Positions 19,876 to 29,232 of a stretch of DNA of 58,138 nt are shown here, in pieces. The translations under genes were made by a program, and so were the position numbers. How positions within the stretch are numbered: the stretch's first letter is position 1; every line of letters starts with the position of its first letter. The notes below the pieces were generated by a model, which did not search any database, was not told the DNA's origin, and was given only the letters and a program-made list of their open reading frames with translations. The stretch comes from an uncultured bacterium (GTDB lineage Bacteria; Spirochaetota; JAHITG01), in contig CBDVEP010000003.1 of the NCBI GenBank assembly GCA_965373035.1, positions 1 to 58,138 of the forward strand. The letters are read 5' to 3'.

Positions 19876-21618
19876 ATGAGTAATAAAAATGATTTAAAAG
19901 ATAAACTTGGGATTGACAGACTAAATAATTCACAAAGGAAAAAGCTATATAATAAATTTATAGATGGTGGTGGGGAAGTTATTGAAGAAAAAAAGAAAAA
20001 GGGTATTGAATTTGATAGAGAAAAGCAAAAGGAGTTGGTCAAGAAGCTTAAGGGAAAAAAATATAAATGGAGAAAAGAGTTTTACCATGATGATTTTAAA
20101 TCAATTGAGGAAGAAGTTATTTCCTATAGAAAGAAAAAAGTGTCTTTTAAAACAAGAGTTGTTATTTATTTAAGAGGAATATTTAATCAAACAATAACAA
20201 TTAGCGGTAGAAAGGTTAATGAAGGATTTTTTAAATTTATAAAGTTTAAAATCATTCCTAATTTAAAAAATTTAGACTCTATTATTAAGTTTGTTTTTTC
20301 AGCAGGAGATAAAAGCTTAAAAGAAGTAAAAAAATCATTAGAGTCAAAAAGTCCTTATTATTATGCACTTTTAATTAAATTAAATGAATTATTTAATTTA
20401 GATGAATTTAACTCCCTGCTTTATTTTTATAACAAATCAGTTTATAAAAGAGTGACACCCCGACATTTAGAAGAACCTGTGAAAAAGATAATGAAAGAAA
20501 TTTATTTGTTAAGGGGATTTGTCGCCGGGATGTTTACAACCCTGCGAACATCACTTTTTATTACATCAAAATATAAGAAATGGGATAAATTATTATATCA
20601 GCGTAAATTAAATCAAATAAAATATTCATTAAATTTAATATTTTATCATTTATTACCAAAATTATATTCACTTATACTTTTAATTAAAGAAGAAAATTTT
20701 TCTTTAAGGTCAAACACAATGATTTATTATTTAGGTATAAAGGATTCTGACAAGGTAGATTATTATACAGCACAGGAATCAGAAGTTCAGGAGATTCTTC
20801 CTAAAATCACACCTATTATTAAAAGGGAAGATAATAAAGATCATAAAGAAGAGATAACGCATGTTAGTAAATATTTTCATGAATTGGATGAAACAGATTT
20901 TAAGAATATGAATTTAGATGAGATTACTTATAATGGAATGTTATTAATAAAGGAAATAGATTTAAAAAAAATATTTGAAGAACACAAAGAATTATTACCA
21001 CTTGAGTATTGTCCTCTGGATGATAAGGTTTTACATGTGTTTGCATATATCAAGGAATTTGAAAAGGAATATTCTTTTATATTAACTTCATATAAAATAA
21101 TTATTGTGCCAACATTTGAAAATAACAAGAGAGTTGATTATAAAAATAAATTAATTGATATATATACTCCTTTAAATAATTTAAATGAACTTATGAAAGA
21201 TTATTTTAATAATATGAAAAATATTGAAGAAATAAAAAATGATAAACTGATGAATCGGTTTGATAAATATAACAGGATAACATCTTTTGAGGGAAAAAGG
21301 AGCAAGCAGAGTTTTGAATTAAAAAAAATTGCTTTAGAATATTTTAGTGAGTTAAAGCAATATTTAGATAAATTTATCAATGATTATAATAATCAGAGAG
21401 ATATTATTGAAAACCCCGAGGATGAGCTTCATTTTGATAAAGAAGTTGAGGGAGAGAAAAAAGTTGAGGGAAAAAAGATTATAGAAGCCATAATGGATGC
21501 TGATGCATTTATTTCCGGACTGATTTATCGTCTTGAAGAAGGGGGTGATTTAAGTGGAATAAAAACTGAAGATATTCAATTTGAAGTTCCACTTGAGAAA
21601 GAAGAAGGAGAAGAATAA
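19876..21618 (+). CDS. Large helical hypothetical protein; acidic tail continues in frame past the TAA to 21714
   Basis: 580-aa ORF; the sequence after the stop reads GGGGGEEGEDKKEDEQEPSFVDEVEETLGKI*. Confidence 0.75.
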   Translation: MSNKNDLKDKLGIDRLNNSQRKKLYNKFIDGGGEVIEEKKKKGIEFDREKQKELVKKLKGKKYKWRKEFYHDDFKSIEEEVISYRKKKVSFKTRVVIYLRGIFNQTITISGRKVNEGFFKFIKFKIIPNLKNLDSIIKFVFSAGDKSLKEVKKSLESKSPYYYALLIKLNELFNLDEFNSLLYFYNKSVYKRVTPRHLEEPVKKIMKEIYLLRGFVAGMFTTLRTSLFITSKYKKWDKLLYQRKLNQIKYSLNLIFYHLLPKLYSLILLIKEENFSLRSNTMIYYLGIKDSDKVDYYTAQESEVQEILPKITPIIKREDNKDHKEEITHVSKYFHELDETDFKNMNLDEITYNGMLLIKEIDLKKIFEEHKELLPLEYCPLDDKVLHVFAYIKEFEKEYSFILTSYKIIIVPTFENNKRVDYKNKLIDIYTPLNNLNELMKDYFNNMKNIEEIKNDKLMNRFDKYNRITSFEGKRSKQSFELKKIALEYFSELKQYLDKFINDYNNQRDIIENPEDELHFDKEVEGEKKVEGKKIIEAIMDADAFISGLIYRLEEGGDLSGIKTEDIQFEVPLEKEEGEE

Positions 21619-21720
21619 GGAGGAGGAGGAGGAGAAGAGGGTGAAGATAAAAAAGAAGACGAACAGGAACCAAGTTTTGTAGATGAAGTAGAGGAGACAC
21701 TGGGTAAAATATAATTCATT

Positions 21721-22680
21721 ATGGAACTTTTTTTAACACCTTTCCTATCTATATTAAAATTATTTTTAATAGCTGTAATCGGATATGTTGTTTTTAAAAA
21801 TAAATTCTTCCATAGATTTTATTCAATTTTATTACATTATACAATAGATTTTGCTTTAGTTGTTCTTATATTAAACCGTTTTATTTACGGGCTGAACAAG
21901 GACTTGTTGTTAAGTTTTAAATTTTTATTAATAACAGGATTTGGTATTATTATATGTGGTCTTTTTATTGGGAAGCTGGCTTTAAAAGTTTTTAAAATAG
22001 CTGAAAAAAAAGAAAGTTTGTTTTTAGCAATTATGGCTTTTGCCAATTCAGGGTACCTTCCATTACCTTTAGTTGAAGCTATGTTTAAAGGTCAGGAAAT
22101 GATATCAGCTCAGATTTACATTTTTTTTATTACTATTCCGCTGACTCTTTCTATCTGGTCAGTTGGAGTTCCACTTGTTTTAAATGAGGGAATAAATTTT
22201 AAACACCTTAAGTTTCGTTTAACATCACCTTTTATTGCTGTATTTGTTGGAATTATACTGGCACTATTGAATTTTAAATCTATAATTCCTTATCCAGTAA
22301 AACAGGGACTTGATGTTATTAGTATAACACTTTCTCCTGCTATTATGTTAATGCTGGGAGGGGCTTTTTCCAGTTTTAATTTATCACATGTTAAATTTAA
22401 TAAAGATGTTTTCATCACAATTTTATTTAAGTTATTAATATATCCTTGTTTAGCCCTGCCTTTTATTTTAATGAGCAATTTTAACCCTGTACTGAAGACT
22501 GTTCTTCTTATTGAAACAGCAGTTCCTCCTGCTGTTAATCTGGCAATTATAAATAAAAGATATAGTACTAAAAAGAGTAATGAAAATTTATTTTATCTTT
22601 TATCTAACCTTGTTTATACTTACATATTTTGTATACTTTCCATACCTATAATTTTAATGATTTTTAAGGCATTGAATTAA
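21721..22680 (+). CDS. AEC family transporter
   Basis: ~10 TM helices; FANSGYLPLPL and AVPPAVN motifs. Confidence 0.85.
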   Translation: MELFLTPFLSILKLFLIAVIGYVVFKNKFFHRFYSILLHYTIDFALVVLILNRFIYGLNKDLLLSFKFLLITGFGIIICGLFIGKLALKVFKIAEKKESLFLAIMAFANSGYLPLPLVEAMFKGQEMISAQIYIFFITIPLTLSIWSVGVPLVLNEGINFKHLKFRLTSPFIAVFVGIILALLNFKSIIPYPVKQGLDVISITLSPAIMLMLGGAFSSFNLSHVKFNKDVFITILFKLLIYPCLALPFILMSNFNPVLKTVLLIETAVPPAVNLAIINKRYSTKKSNENLFYLLSNLVYTYIFCILSIPIILMIFKALN

Positions 22681-22701
22681 GAAATATATATAATATTTCA
22701 A

Positions 22702-23583
22702 TTAATGTATGTTAGGTGAATGATTGCAGGGAAGATTTAAAAAGTATTCACAGCAGGTAGGACAAAAATCTTTTCCACTACCTTTAGAAATAATATCCAG
22801 TGCATCAGGAACATTTATTGCTTTTTGATAAATTTTATCAGAAGTCATAGAAACAAATGCTTCAGCTATATTCAGAATACGGGCACCAACAGGAATCTTA
22901 TTTCCTTTAATGCCATCAGGATATCCATTTCCATTAAATTTTTCATGGTGATGATAGATATTAGGCAGGATATTTTGAAATTCCGTAATAGGAGATAAAA
23001 TTTCAATAGCCCATGCCGGGTGTTGTTTAATAATATCAAATTCTTCTTTGGATAGTTTTTCCGGTTTATTTAATATATCTTCTTTAACCCGCAATTTTCC
23101 TAAATCATGAAAAAGTCCGGCATAAGCAATATTTTTAACTTCATCCGTAGATAATCCCATGTTTCTTGCAATTGACATGGCTATTTTAGATACATTAATT
23201 GAATGTCCTTTGGAAAAGCTGTCTTTTGCTTCCATTATTTTTACAAAAGCATTAACTGTATTATATATAAGGTCATTTAATTGCTTATTTTTATCTTCCA
23301 GTTCTGCCTTGATTTTTTCAGTTTCAGCATAAAGCCTGATAGTCTCAATATGAGCATCTTCCATCATGCGAAATTCATCGGTTTTTGATATATATAATTT
23401 ATTTAAAGGCTTATTAATATATTTATCTGTATTATCATGGATGATACTGTTCATTGATTTATTTAAGTATTTTATATGAGCATCATGATCTATAATGATA
23501 ACTCCATAAGAAGAATTTTTAAATATATTTTCTAATTGTTTAAAACCTGGTGGATCAATTGAGTTTACTAAGTAATTATCCAT
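22702..23583 (-). CDS. PAS + HD-GYP phosphodiesterase
   Basis: GHS, HDLGK and HHEKFNGNGYP motifs; PAS-like N-terminus. Confidence 0.9.
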   Translation of the reverse strand: MDNYLVNSIDPPGFKQLENIFKNSSYGVIIIDHDAHIKYLNKSMNSIIHDNTDKYINKPLNKLYISKTDEFRMMEDAHIETIRLYAETEKIKAELEDKNKQLNDLIYNTVNAFVKIMEAKDSFSKGHSINVSKIAMSIARNMGLSTDEVKNIAYAGLFHDLGKLRVKEDILNKPEKLSKEEFDIIKQHPAWAIEILSPITEFQNILPNIYHHHEKFNGNGYPDGIKGNKIPVGARILNIAEAFVSMTSDKIYQKAINVPDALDIISKGSGKDFCPTCCEYFLNLPCNHSPNIH

Positions 23584-23795
23584 TTATATACTCCTGAAAA
23601 AATTAAAATTTTTTAGGATTAGGGATAGTACATATATTTATATTATAATTTCGGAATAAGTTAATAATTTCTTAACAGTTTTTAATTTATTTTTATTTAG
23701 ATGGCTATATGGATATATAAAAAAAATGAATTTATTTTATGTTTTAATATAATAAACTGAAGTAAAAAAGATTATGTATAAACGGTATAAAGCAA

Positions 23796-24956
23796 ATGAA
23801 TAAAATTTATAATTATGTATATTATTTAAGTGAGGTACTTGGGCATAGACTTACTGCAACTAAAAATGAAAAAAAAGCAGGTGATTGGGTGTTTAATAAA
23901 ATTCAATCTTTTCAATTAGAACCTGTTATGGAAGAATTTTCCACTCCTTCATCAGCTTATAGTTTTTTTCAATTTATTTTTTTATTAGGTTTTTTTATTT
24001 CTCTTTTTTATTCTCAATTTCATTATATTTTAAAAGTAGTTTTTTTAATAATAGAATTTTTTTTAATTATTTTATTCTATAAAGAATCAGTTTTTTCTCA
24101 TACTTTTATTTATAAACTGTTAAAAAGGAAAAAAAGTCAAAATATATATACAGAGATTGTCCCTAAGGAAGAGCATAAAAAAACAGTATATATCAGTACT
24201 CATATAGATTCAGCTACAGCAGGATTATTATTTCATCCCTCAATAGTAAAATATTTGAATATTCAGATGAAAATCAGTTTTATTTCTTTAATGGTATTAT
24301 TTGTTAATAGCATTATTTATTTTTTATTGCCAGGGCATTTTTTAGTAATAATATTTATAATTTTAAGTTGTTTTTATTTTGTCAGCTTTTTTGTTACTTT
24401 TCATACAGAATACTTAGCACGTCCTGTAAGTGGTGCAAATGATAATGCTTCAAGTGTGGGTGTTTCTCTGGGTTTAATTGAATATTTTTCTAAGAACAGA
24501 TTAAAACATACTAAATTAGTAGGTCTTTATACTGGAGCAGAGGAGACAGGATGTGTTGGAATATATGAGTATTTAAAAAAACATAAAAGTACGATTGACC
24601 AGGATGCCAATTTTATTGTTATGGACTGTACAGGTATTGGAAAGCCTGTCTTTCTTAAATCAGAAGGGATGTTAAAAAAATACTATCCTGATAAGAAATT
24701 GCTGCATATTGCAGAAGATATTAGTAATGAATTAGAATATAAAGTTGAACCGGTGGATTTGCCAATTGGATATACTGAATTAAACGTGGTTAATAATTTT
24801 GGTTATAAAGGGATTACTATTGGTGCTGCCCCTGAGGAAAAAGATGCTGTTCCAAATTGGCATCAAATGAATGACAATATTATTTATATTCGCAGGGAAA
24901 CATTAAAGCAGGTTTTTAATTTTGTAATGAGAATGATAAAAAAAATTGATGAATAA
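23796..24956 (+). CDS. Membrane-bound M28 family peptidase
   Basis: HIDS, GANDNASSV, GAEETG and WHQMND motifs. Confidence 0.88.
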   Translation: MNKIYNYVYYLSEVLGHRLTATKNEKKAGDWVFNKIQSFQLEPVMEEFSTPSSAYSFFQFIFLLGFFISLFYSQFHYILKVVFLIIEFFLIILFYKESVFSHTFIYKLLKRKKSQNIYTEIVPKEEHKKTVYISTHIDSATAGLLFHPSIVKYLNIQMKISFISLMVLFVNSIIYFLLPGHFLVIIFIILSCFYFVSFFVTFHTEYLARPVSGANDNASSVGVSLGLIEYFSKNRLKHTKLVGLYTGAEETGCVGIYEYLKKHKSTIDQDANFIVMDCTGIGKPVFLKSEGMLKKYYPDKKLLHIAEDISNELEYKVEPVDLPIGYTELNVVNNFGYKGITIGAAPEEKDAVPNWHQMNDNIIYIRRETLKQVFNFVMRMIKKIDE

Positions 24957-24966
24957 AAATATTAAT

Positions 24967-25047
24967 AAATAAATCAAAAGGTTGAGGAGCTGAACCTTCC
25001 ACTTCATTTTCTTTTGATTGGTCTGTTTTAATTTTAAATCCTTTATA
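24967..25047 (-). pseudogene. 81-bp internal fragment of osmC (direct repeat of 41451-41531)
   Basis: Ungapped manual alignment gives 8 mismatches in 81 nt. Confidence 0.85.
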
Positions 25048-25135
25048 GAAGAAGAAGGATTGCCATATCAAACTTTAATTGCAAGTATCATACATAAATT
25101 TATTAATGAAAATTTTATAGAAAAAAAACAGATAA
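25045..25135 (+). pseudogene. C-terminal stub of a BrnA/CopG-like antitoxin
   Basis: Translates EEEGLPYQTLIASIIHKF, has no start codon, and runs into the attC-like site. Confidence 0.65.
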
Positions 25136-25210
25136 CAAAGCAATCCAGCTGACCTTTTTCTTGTGGCGATTTGCGTTGCAGAAAAAAGCAGTTGATTTCA
25201 AATGTTATAT
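25130..25210 (+). other. attC-like integron recombination site
   Basis: agaTAAC aaagcaatccagctgacc ... gcagttgatttcaaat GTTatat: R''/L''/L'/R' layout, 81 bp. Confidence 0.7.
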
Positions 25211-25236
25211 AAATATTATTTAATTGAATGAGGATG

Positions 25237-25437
25237 TTAATGATGTTAAAAATTCATAAAAATATTGTCGTTGATGAAAGTCAAAAGCCATTAGCGGTTC
25301 AAATATCGATTAAAGAATTTGAACGTTTGGAAGAGATAATAGAAAATTACGGATTGGCAAAATTGATAGATGAAGTGAAGGATGATAAACGCCTTTCAGT
25401 TAAAGATGCCAAAAAATATTATAAATCAGTGAAATAG
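25237..25437 (+). CDS. Putative type II antitoxin
   Basis: Small protein with VVDESQKPLAVQISIKEFE and LSVKDAKKYY; followed immediately by a RelE-like start. Confidence 0.6.
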   Translation, partial: LMMLKIHKNIVVDESQKPLAVQISIKEFERLEEIIENYGLAKLIDEVKDDKRLSVKDAKKYYKSVK

Positions 25438-25438
25438 A

Positions 25439-25507
25439 ATGTGGAAAATTGAATATATAAACATATATAAAAAAAATTTTATGAAAAAAATTGGGGTCAG
25501 ACCTTGA
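25439..25507 (+). pseudogene. RelE-like toxin N-terminal stub cut at a REP-like arm
   Basis: MWKIEY... runs into ggggtcagaccttgaaatgtgaa (25493-25515). Confidence 0.45.
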
Positions 25508-25574
25508 AATGTGAAATTATTTATGCTTATAAAACACTTATCATAGTAAAGATTATAGGAATAAATTATTATAC

Positions 25575-25679
25575 AATAAGTTAACTAACAAATTAAAAAA
25601 TATTTATATATGTTAGTTAACTTATTTCTTGACTTTTGTTAACTAACATGTTATAATAAAGTATATATTGTTAGTTAAC
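25575..25679 (+). promoter_or_regulatory. Sigma70 promoter with four GTTAACTAACA operator boxes
   Basis: TTGACT (25629-34), 17-nt spacer, TATAAT (25652-57). Perfect 16-bp inverted repeat at 25575-90/25611-26 and an 11-bp inverted repeat at 25638-48/25669-79. Confidence 0.8.
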
Positions 25680-25692
25680 TAAGGATAAGGTT

Positions 25693-26001
25693 ATGAGTGT
25701 TTTAAAAGGTGTATTAAAAGAAGAATATGAAAGACTTAATCAATTAATTAAAAAATATAAAGAAGAGATAAAAAATTATCCAAAAGGATCCATTTCATAT
25801 AAAAATATTAAAGGACATAGTTATGCTTATCTAGGTTATCGAGAAAAGGGAAAATTATGTTTTAAATATTTTGGGAAAAAATCTAAAGAGATAAAAAAAG
25901 TAAGTCAAAGGATTAAATCACGAAAAAAATATGAATCTCTTTTAAAACAAGCATTATTAAATTTAAAGGAGTTAAAAAAGGCTATTGGAAAAACGAAATA
26001 G
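25693..26001 (+). CDS. Small basic putative DNA-binding protein
   Basis: PKGSISYKNIKGHSYAYLGYREKGK..FKYFG; Lys-rich; coupled to the downstream nucleotidyltransferase. Confidence 0.7.
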   Translation: MSVLKGVLKEEYERLNQLIKKYKEEIKNYPKGSISYKNIKGHSYAYLGYREKGKLCFKYFGKKSKEIKKVSQRIKSRKKYESLLKQALLNLKELKKAIGKTK

Positions 26002-26662
26002 TTTATTCTTTTCCATTTTAAGAGAATTACAAAAAGAAAACCTGTTAGAAGATATTATTCTAATCGGTAGCTGGTGTCAGTTGTTTTATCGTTACTATTT
26101 TAAAAATGCTCCGGAAATTCCAACTGTAAGAACACTTGATCTTGATTTTTTAATTCCAAATCCTTACCTGATAAAAAAAGATGTAAATATTCCTGAATTA
26201 TTACTGGAGTTAGATTTCGAACCAGTAACCGATTATATTTCAGGTTTAACAAAATATAATCATCCTGATTTAGCTATTGAATTTTTAATTCATGATAAGG
26301 GGAGAGGGAAATCTGAACCTTATAAAATACCAAATTTACACATCGAAGCTCAAGGATTACGGTTTTTAAATTTATTACAGGATTATATTATTAAAATAAA
26401 GTATAAAGATATTACAATTAAAGTTCCTGAACCTTCAGCCTACGTACTTCATAAATTTATTATTAGTCAGCGACGGATTAAAAAAGAAAAAGAAATTAAG
26501 GATTTAGAATCAGCCAGGTCAATTGGAGAATTTCTGTTGCAAGATAAAAAACAAAGACAGAAATTAAAAACTATATTTAACCTCCTACCTAAAAAATGGC
26601 AGAGGAAAATCAAAGATATAACTAAAGAAAAATCAATTCCTATTTATGATTTCTTAATCTAA
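25985..26662 (+). CDS. GSU2403-like nucleotidyltransferase-fold protein
   Basis: ILIGSWC, RTLDLDF, VPEPSAYVLHKFIISQRR and KD motifs. Confidence 0.8.
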   Translation: MEKRNSLFFSILRELQKENLLEDIILIGSWCQLFYRYYFKNAPEIPTVRTLDLDFLIPNPYLIKKDVNIPELLLELDFEPVTDYISGLTKYNHPDLAIEFLIHDKGRGKSEPYKIPNLHIEAQGLRFLNLLQDYIIKIKYKDITIKVPEPSAYVLHKFIISQRRIKKEKEIKDLESARSIGEFLLQDKKQRQKLKTIFNLLPKKWQRKIKDITKEKSIPIYDFLI

Positions 26663-26700
26663 ATTGATTGACGACAATTAAAACTTCCAATGCGGTAATT

Positions 26701-26835
26701 ATAATTGTCGCTCATCACTAAATATTAATACCACTAAAAGGTCAACTAAAGTCACAAAAGGTATAAGTTCTCAACATTTGACAATATTTAAATCAATATA
26801 CTCCTATGTCAAATGTCAAGAACCGATACCTTTTT
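26701..26835. repeat. Copy A of the dispersed repeat, including an intact REP-like palindrome (26756-26835)
   Basis: Near-identical to 33459-33578 joined to 35250-35264. Arms are aaaaggtataagttctcaacatttgaca and tgtcaaatgtcaagaaccgatacctttt. Confidence 0.9.
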
Positions 26836-26869
26836 GTTGATTTTTTGATATTTTTCCTTTTTGATATTT

Positions 26870-28102
26870 TTAGATAACTTCTTTTCCATTCATATATTTA
26901 ACAAGTCCATTAGGTATTTCTATACTTCCATCTTTTTGCTGATAATTTTCTATCAAAGCAACAATCAATCTATCACAAAATCCAGTTGCCGATATTGTAT
27001 GAGGATATCCTTTTTCATCCGCAACTTTATATCTTATATTTCCTCTTCTACATTGGTAATCCTTCATGTTAGTATCTGATGTCATTTCTCTATAACAGTT
27101 TTGAGAGGGTAACCAAGCCTCAATATCATATTTAATTGCTCCTGGTGTAGCCAAATCACCTGAATTCATCAAAACAACTCTGTAAGGTATATCGAGCACC
27201 TTAAGTAACGATTCTTCATTTTCTAAACATTTAAGATGCCATTTTTCTGATTCATTTGGATGACAAAAAACAATTTGTTCCAATTTATAAAACTGATGAA
27301 CTCTCAATATCCCTTTTGTGTCTCTCCCATAGTTGCCAGCTTCTGTTCTGAAACACATCGAATCACCTAAATATAATATAGGTAAGTTATTCAATATTTC
27401 ATTTTGATGCATTCCAACAAGAGCTTGCTCACTTGTACCAATCAAAGACAGATCATTATCACCTTCAATTTTAAAATTATCTTTTTGAGCAAACGGTAAA
27501 TATCCAGATGTGTACAAAGTTTGATCTTTAGCTAATACTGGCGGCGATATCAGACTCCAACCTTGATCTCTAACAATATCAATAAATAACTGAATTAGCG
27601 CCATTCTTAAAAAAACAGCATCATTTTTTAAAACATAGAATCTTGTTTTAGCAACATTTACAGCTCGCTTAATATCAATAATGTCAAGAGCTTCACCTAT
27701 TACTTCATGGGACAGTGGATGAAAATCAAATTCCTTTATTTTTCCAACCTCACGTAACACTTTAGCATTTTCCTCATCACCGATAGGTACTCGCTTATCC
27801 AACATATTTGGAATTAATGCCAACATATTGTCTCTTTCAGTTTGAAGTTCCTTAATTTTATTAGATAACTCTAATTCCTTCTTTTTGACTTTTTGAATTT
27901 CATTCAATTCTTCTTCTATTGGTTTTTTGCCTTTTTTTGAACTATTATTTAAAATGGATCTCAATCCATCTTTATTATAAATTAGTTTACGTCTTTCTTT
28001 CTCAATTTGTAATAAATTATCAATATCTATTTTGCAATTTCTTTTCCTACAGTTTGCTTTTACCTCATCACAATTAGATATTATAAAATTAATGTCTAAC
28101 AT
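26870..28102 (-). CDS. serS: Seryl-tRNA synthetase (accessory copy)
   Basis: MLDINFI coiled-coil N-terminus; LIGTSEQ, CFRTEAG, RVHQFYKLEQ and KYDIEAWLP motifs. Confidence 0.93.
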   Translation of the reverse strand: MLDINFIISNCDEVKANCRKRNCKIDIDNLLQIEKERRKLIYNKDGLRSILNNSSKKGKKPIEEELNEIQKVKKKELELSNKIKELQTERDNMLALIPNMLDKRVPIGDEENAKVLREVGKIKEFDFHPLSHEVIGEALDIIDIKRAVNVAKTRFYVLKNDAVFLRMALIQLFIDIVRDQGWSLISPPVLAKDQTLYTSGYLPFAQKDNFKIEGDNDLSLIGTSEQALVGMHQNEILNNLPILYLGDSMCFRTEAGNYGRDTKGILRVHQFYKLEQIVFCHPNESEKWHLKCLENEESLLKVLDIPYRVVLMNSGDLATPGAIKYDIEAWLPSQNCYREMTSDTNMKDYQCRRGNIRYKVADEKGYPHTISATGFCDRLIVALIENYQQKDGSIEIPNGLVKYMNGKEVI

Positions 28103-28335
28103 ACTTTTTCCTTTAGATTCATATTAATAACTACTTTATTATAGATATTATTACTGATAAATTTTTTATATCTTACGTATGCTTCTCTATTTGATAATTG
28201 TGTTGGATGATGCTTAAACAAAAACGATAACACCGAGTCAATTGATTCTCCAATCGCTCTATCTTTTGCAATCTTACAACATCTTATTGCATCTATAGCA
28301 ACACTTGCTGCATTTGGTGAATCTTCGACTTCTTG
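28096..28335 (-). pseudogene. C-terminal fragment of myo-inositol-1-phosphate synthase
   Basis: Translates EVEDSPNAASVAIDAIRCCKIAKDR...FKHHP; its stop overlaps the serS ATG. Confidence 0.8.
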
Positions 28336-28485
28336 TTATTTTAAAACATTATAACCCAGAAAACAGAGGCGTTATTAAAATTTTATAATCACCAGCTTTT
28401 GTGATGAGATTATATTTTATTAAAACTTTCTGATCTCTTTCTGCTCTTTTTTTTTATTTTAATCTTTCTTAATTTATTATTTTAA

Positions 28486-28986
28486 AATTTTATTTCAAAT
28501 AAAAAAATAAAAAAAGCGATTACCGACTTATTAAAAATAGCCGATAATCGCAATATCCAAATCCAATATCAAAATATACTTAATTTATCGGAATATATTA
28601 ATTTAGTTTTAGCTAAAATTTGGACTTTCCCTTCTTTTTCTGATAAGTGTCCAATCTGTGGTGCTAAAAATTGTGCTGTAAGAATCGGATTTTATTACCG
28701 ATGGGTTTATATTTTTAAATTAAAAATAAAATTATATATTCCTGTTGCACGTTATCTTTGCAGAGGAAAAAATAAATCTAAATCTAAATTAAAATCCACT
28801 CACAGAACTTTCTCTCTTTTGCCTTCTCAAATTATTCCATACAGGCTTCTTGATGCTAATTCCATGCTTTACTTAACTGATTTAAGGTTTAATAAAGAAA
28901 TGTCTCTTTTAGACATTTCTTCTGAATTCTCAGCTCAGACTGAAGAATCTATCATAGCATTATCAACTGCAACTCTCCTGCAATGA
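28486..28986 (+). pseudogene. DUF6431-like transposon-associated Zn-ribbon protein fragment
   Basis: Open frame lacking a canonical upstream start: CPICG..C...GFYYR...RYLC...RTFSLLPSQIIPY. It ends at a duplicated REP-like arm. Confidence 0.6.
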
Positions 28987-29020
28987 AATAATGGTGCCAG
29001 TGAAATAATAGTGAAATAAT

Positions 29021-29224
29021 GGTGCCAGGTTATAAGATGTCAAATTTTTTCTTTATTTGATTTATTATATTTTTTATTATGCTATTATTTGCTATACTTT
29101 TTTTAAAATCATATAATCGCAGGTTTATTATCCACTGTCAAATTTTATTCTTAATTGTCTGCCTATATAAACAAACATAAATAATTTTAAAAAAAATTAA
29201 ATCTTATATCTTATGACCCGGCAC
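29021..29224. repeat. REP-like inverted arms
   Basis: ggtgccaggttataagatgtcaaat pairs with atcttatatcttatgacccggcac. The start of the left arm (tgaaataatggtgccag) is duplicated at ~28984. Confidence 0.7.
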
Positions 29225-29232
29225 TTTGACTT

